This document shows positions 59,001-64,000 of a DNA stretch of 64,000 nucleotides, piece after piece. The DNA lies in contig NC_047016.1 of the NCBI RefSeq assembly GCF_902652985.1, positions 25,234,001 through 25,298,000 of the forward strand, given 5' to 3'. The position numbers and the translations under genes are program-made. The first letter of the stretch is position 1, and each line of letters begins with the position of its first letter. The DNA comes from Pecten maximus (Eukaryota). The notes under the pieces are model-generated. The model was not told the DNA's origin and searched no databases. It saw nothing but the letters and a program-made list of their open reading frames with translations.

Positions 59001-62000
59001 TAGGACCAGTATTGAATAGTCAGCCATTTCTGTATCTCTGTAACAATTCAATTAAAATGTATGTCTGATAAGGCATGTAAATTTAATTCAAAAAACCAAG
59101 ATGAATAGAAATATCAATGGACTATTAAAATGTTGTCCAAGTGTAAGAATCCTAATGATTTGTTTTGCTTTACAAGGAGTGCGGAAGAGAGATATGAGAA
59201 ATGCCAGAGACAGGCCAATGTTTATCATCAGAAATGCAAACAACTTGAGCAAGAAATGGAGGAAGTAAAGGAAGATATTATACAAGAAAGGAAGAAGAGA
59301 AAAGGGTATACAAGCTAGATTTTAAGATATTACAAGGTCTCATGAATCAATCTCATTTTTTCTTCGTAACTACCCTCCCATCACTATTGTTAGTCAAGTT
59401 AACACAAAAGTTCTTTGTCTGAAAGGCTATTCTCTTTTCATAACCTTATAACATTTTACTACGTGTAGTGATAAAATATTTATCCTATCTATTAACTCTA
59501 AAAATAATTTGTTTTCCCTTCGTCCTTAAATGACCCTGGCTGTTAATAGGACGTTAAACAAAAACAAACAAACAAACAAATCCCTTTGTGATGATCCAAA
59601 ATATCTTCTACGCACAAGATGCAGAGATGATTGACTCAATACTTAGCATACTGGACTGGTCTTTAGTTGTATCATGTAGCACAGAAATTGCTGAAGTATT
59701 GCAGCAACTAGATGAACAAATCTCCTGCTTCCTTGATGATAGCTGTATGAATAAACCTTTTGACTGTGACTTTAAAATTGTTACTGATGAACATAATCTG
59801 AATTATAAGTGTGTTGAGGTGTAAGTGTATTTAATTGACAGGTGTAGGATAAATATGTTTACTGTTCAAGAGATATTTACACATTACAGTGATATGTATC
59901 TCTAGTATGGTAAATATATCATTCATGAATGTTAAGTCACAGAAAGTTTGTGAACCATTTATTCACTGTGAATTCTTCTTTTAATTGGTGTTATCATATC
60001 TGCCATATTTGTAGTCAGTGTATATAAAGGAGAAGTTCAGAGCTGTTGCCTTTCTTCATTGTCTTTATCAATGTCTGCTGCATAACCATTATTTTCAAGT
60101 TTAGCAGTATTAACATCTTCACTAGCAACGGGCTGATCATTTTGTATTCTTCCTTAGTGGATTTACCTCCACAAAGCGTGAATACAAAATTATGCGCCAT
60201 TGCTTAGCGATAGTTTATTAGATACGTAACATCATCAATGTTTATCCTTTAATTCTCTGTTTATGTGAAAGATTATTCATGAATTTTGTTTTCTTTTAAA
60301 GAGCTGAAAGCCAGAGAGATGAGGCTTTGTCCAACTTTTTAGAAGCTCAGGAGACTCTGGAGGATTACCAAAAGAAAAGCAAGGAGAGAACAAAAAAGGT
60401 AAATCCACCATCCTGCTAAAACACTGAATAATGTTGAGGTAAAATTGACCTTTGAACATGTCTACAGCAGGGCTGTATATTGAAATTATATAGACATGAC
60501 CTAATTATGTTGGAGTGTAGATAGATGTGACATAATTATTCTGTTGGCATTGAAGATATTGTTGACCTGATTGTATTGATTTTGCAGATAAACAACCTCA
60601 TTATGTATATATATGTATAGATGCAGGCTAACTTTGTTATTTTGTTCATGTAGATAGAGGTAAACTATTATGTTCAAATCTAATTATGTTCAAATTGTAT
60701 ATAAAAGTGACCAAATTATGTTAAGATTTAAGATAAAGATTACCAATATTACAATTATTGAATTTGACCTAAACAATTGAATCTCCTTTCTTAAGATGGA
60801 AGAAACAGAGGATTACCTTAGAGATAGTCTGGCTCACGCGAATCAGGAGCGTGAAGATCTCCTGGAGAGAGTCAACCTCCTTCAGTCCAAGTCCAGATCT
60901 CTGACGGAGGAAGTCAGGTAACAGAGTTTGTAGGCTCCATTAAAATAAAACATCCTGTTTATTATGAAGTCAAAATGGCCAGTAACGGTACCAATGTCCT
61001 GTGTGATGAAACTGACAAAATCTGCAGGAGATAACATAGGTATTAACCAGGGTATTTTTAACAATGTTACCTTAAGTCATAACTTTTCAAAACATTCAGG
61101 TAAGAAATAAAAAAAAAACAATTACAAGGTTGGCGGAAAATACCATTGATTTCAGAGGAATTATTTTATTTTTTATGAGTGTATCATATGTCATTAAATA
61201 AGGAGATAGACCATTTATAATTTTGTATCACTTTATCAGGAGACTTGAGACTGTGGAAGAGGTGGAACTGGATAGTCGACAAGATATGGAACAACAAAAC
61301 ATGGATCTTAGGTCACAGCTGGCCAAGGTCACAACTCAACTCAGTAAGTGGATCAAAGAGAATAGGCAATAAGTATAGTTTCACTTTTCCACACTGTGAG
61401 AGAGAAATATTTTTGCCACTGTTCTTTGTCATCCCCTGGGGGCCCTGGGGTATCCCTGGTAACTGAAGCTATCTCTCTGGACTTTGTCATCCCCTGGTAA
61501 CTGAAGCTATCTCTCTTGTCTTTGTCATCCCCTGGTAACTGAAGCTATCTCTCTTGTCTTTATCATCCCCTGGTAACTGAAGCTATCTCTCTTGTCTTTG
61601 TCATCCCCTGGAAACTGAAGCTATCTCTCTTGTCTTTGTCATCCCCTGGTAACTGAAGCTATCCCTCTGGTCTTTGTCATCCTCTGGTAACTGAAGCTAT
61701 CTCTCTCTAGACTTTGTCATCCCCTGGTAACTGAAGCTATCTCTCTGGACTTTATCATCCCCTGGTAACTGAAGCTATCTCTCTAGACTTTGTCATCCCC
61801 TGGTAACTGAAGCTATCTCTCTCTAGACTTTGTCATCCCCTGGTAACTGAAGCTATCTCTCTGTTGACTTTGTCATCCCCTGGTAACTGAAGCTATCTCT
61901 CTAGACTTTGTCATTCCCTGGTAACTGAAGCTATCCTTCTGGTCTTTGTCATCCCCTGGTAACTGAAGCTATCTGTCTGGTCTTTGTCATCCCCTGGTAA

Positions 62001-63735
62001 CTGAAGCTATCTGTCTGGTCTTTGTCATCCCCTGGTAACTGAAGCTATCTGTCTGGTCTTTGTCATCCCCTGGTAACTTAAGCTATCTGTCTGGTCTTTG
62101 TCATCCCCTGGTAACTTAAGCTATCTGTCTGGTCTTTGTCATCCCCTTTGGTAACTGAAGCTATCTCTGTAGACTTTGTCATCCCCTGGTAACTGAAGCT
62201 ATCTGTCTGGTCTTTGTCATCCCCTGGTAACTTAAGCTATCTGTCTGGTCTTTGTCATCCCCTGGTAACTGAAGCTATCTCTCTAGACTTTGTCATCCCC
62301 TGGTAACTGAAGCTATCTCTCTCTAGACTTTGTCATCCCCTGGTAACTGAAGCTATCCCTCTGGTCTTTGTCATCCTCTGGTAACTGAAGCTATCTCTCT
62401 AGACTTTGTCATCCCCTGGTAACTGAAGCTATCTGTCTGGTCTTTGTCATCCCCTGGTAACTGAAGCTATCTCTCTAGACTTTGTCATCCCCTGGTAACT
62501 GAAGCTATCTCTCTCTAGACTTTGTCATCCTCTGGTAACTTAAGCTATCTCTCTAGACTTTGTCATCCCCTGGTAACTGAAGCTATCTCTCTAGACTTTG
62601 TCATCCCCTGGTAACTGAAGCTATCCCTCTGGTCTTTGTCATCCCCTGGTAACTGAAGCTATCCCTCTGGACTTTGTCATCACCTGGTAACTGAAGCTAT
62701 CTGTCTGGTCTTTGTCATCCCCTGGTAACTGAAGCTATCCCTCTGGACTTTGTCATCCCCTGGTAACTGAAGCTATCCCTCTGGTCTTTGTCATCCCCTG
62801 GTAACTGAAGCTATCTGTCTGGTCTTTGTCATCCCCTGGTAACTGAAGCTATCCCTCTGGACTTTGTCATCCCCTGGTAACTGAAGCTATCCCTCTGGAC
62901 TTTGTCATCCCCTGGTAACTGAAGCTATCCCTCTGGTCTTTGTCATCCCCTGGTAACTGAAGCTATCCCTCTGGACTTTGTCATCCCCTGGTAACTGAAG
63001 CTATCCCTCTGGTCTTTGTCATCCTCTGGTCATCCTCTGATACCTAAAGCTATCTCAGTTTTGTGTTCCCCCAGGCACCTAATGCTGTCGCTATCTGTAC
63101 TTTTGTCTACAGTAATGGTAATTGCAGCCAGACTGACTAATGCTTCATATAGAACTTAGACATTTTCATATACTTCACATTGTTGGAGATTATTTTTCTT
63201 AAATTCGACAAAATAAAAAGATACTCCCTTTCATGTACAGATCAACTGGAGGTTGAAGGTATGCACAATGAGAGTATGAAAAGAGAAAATTTCCGCCTAA
63301 AAAGCCAGATTGACAGTCAGCAGCAGCAACTGAGTACATGTCAACAAGAGATTGAAGAGAGTCGTACCATGCTGGCTCAACTAGAGCAGCTGGCACAGCA
63401 GGTCCAGAACCAGGTCAGTCAAGATCTCATCAGATTAACTTCATCAAACTACGTTTACAAGCTTTCTACGCTAAGTCGTCAATATTATACTGATCCATAC
63501 TTAGTCAAAGAAAAATGAAAATAGAAATAAGTCTTGCATCTATGATAACTTATTGTATCTTTCTTTTGTGATAGTCCCAGAGAGCCAACACAAGTTTCAA
63601 TGACAGTGGAATGTTTAGTGTGCAGCCATCTAGTCCCTCCAGTAAAGATAACGCCTCAGCTTCCTTCAGATCTGTTGATAAAAATGGAGCAGCTGGCTCA
63701 GCGGTTGGGGCACAGTCAATCCTACAGGACCTGAG
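56091..63735 (+). CDS. CCDC18: Coiled-coil domain-containing protein 18 (5' part; continues beyond window)
   Basis: Exons 56091-56206, 57718-57925, 58190-58360, 58824-58933, 59177-59305, 60302-60398, 60796-60917, 61240-61343, 63241-63413, 63575-63735. Peptides LLMQNVQDLRRRLRETE, SIPDLEDKIVGLQAETEAQDNAL, AESQRDEAL and CQQEIEESR match the vertebrate CCDC18 N-terminus in order (from recall). Confidence 0.8.
56448..56681. mobile_element. Possible hAT-like MITE
   Basis: Imperfect TIRs caggcgcgtagg / cagctacgcctctg and internal repeat gtgaatccacttaat; no clear TSD. Confidence 0.4.
56925..57304 (+). mobile_element. Miniature non-autonomous LTR retrotransposon (TRIM) with tRNA-containing LTRs (Helenus-type)
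   Basis: LTRs 56925-57051 and 57178-57304 (127 bp, TGTAG..CTACA, 5 differences); PBS tggtgcc(t)gtgacc resembles the tRNA-His 3' complement; PPT 57155-57177; 4-bp TSD TAGA. Confidence 0.92.
56957..57028 (+). other. tRNA-like module in LTR1 (A/B boxes, AGT anticodon position); not a bona fide tRNA gene
   Basis: gaccaggtagctcaattggtagagcatccggctagtgttcggaggtcccggtttcgaaccccggtctggcc followed by a T-tract. The paralog in LTR2 at 57210-57281 reads AAT. Confidence 0.75.
59521..59580 (+). mobile_element. 5'-truncated SINE/LINE tail insertion
   Basis: cgtccttaaatgaccctggctgttaataggacgttaaac + (AAAC)n, identical to the V-SINE tail; tccctt on both flanks. Confidence 0.75.
61423..63045. repeat. 38-bp minisatellite, ~40 copies, in a CCDC18 intron
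   Basis: Unit tttgtcatcccctggtaactgaagctatctctctggac with 38-40 bp variants. Confidence 0.95.
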
Positions 63736-64000
63736 GTATGTCTGGAGTACTTCACCGTCATGTGACTGTCACTGTGGCCTATTAATGTAAAGGTCGGTGT
63801 TAACGAGAGGATTGTTTATGTGAATACAATCATTCCCAGAGTAGTTGGTCAATTCTATTGATGTGATGTACAATGTACAATTTTAATCATTACATTCATT
63901 GCAATTTCAATGGTTATACCAGGTATGTGTGCAGTGGAATTTATTTATCCACCCATAGCTCTTCCCTGTTTCAATGGTTTGATTTCTAGAACTACATGTA

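Overview
AT-rich, intron-rich animal genomic DNA, most likely a mollusc. The SINE, HINE-satellite and AChBP-like content points to a bivalve; this is inferred. Five spliced protein-coding genes can be built by hand from GT-AG sites with consistent phases. (1) A minus-strand signal peptide + FN3 + laminin-EGF gene that runs off the left edge. (2) A lineage-specific secreted protein of about 249 aa (basic, Cys-rich and Met/Gly-rich parts) with micro-exons. (3) A soluble acetylcholine-binding-protein-like gene with no transmembrane region. (4) Complete RPL5 (minus strand, 298 aa, 5' TOP tract), whose introns host four SNORD10/mgU6-77-type C/D snoRNA copies. (5) CCDC18, head-to-head with RPL5 and running off the right edge. 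The rest is dense mobile DNA: two satellite-carrying Helentron-type HINEs, two SINE families sharing a 3' tail, a head-to-tail dimer of a long-TIR PHIS-type transposon inserted at AAA|TTT with no TSD, mariner, Gypsy and LINE relics, an 89-bp perfect-hairpin MITE, minisatellites, and an intact 380-bp miniature LTR element whose two LTRs each contain a tRNA-like gene. Most ORFs in the supplied track are spurious (repeat or intron sequence).
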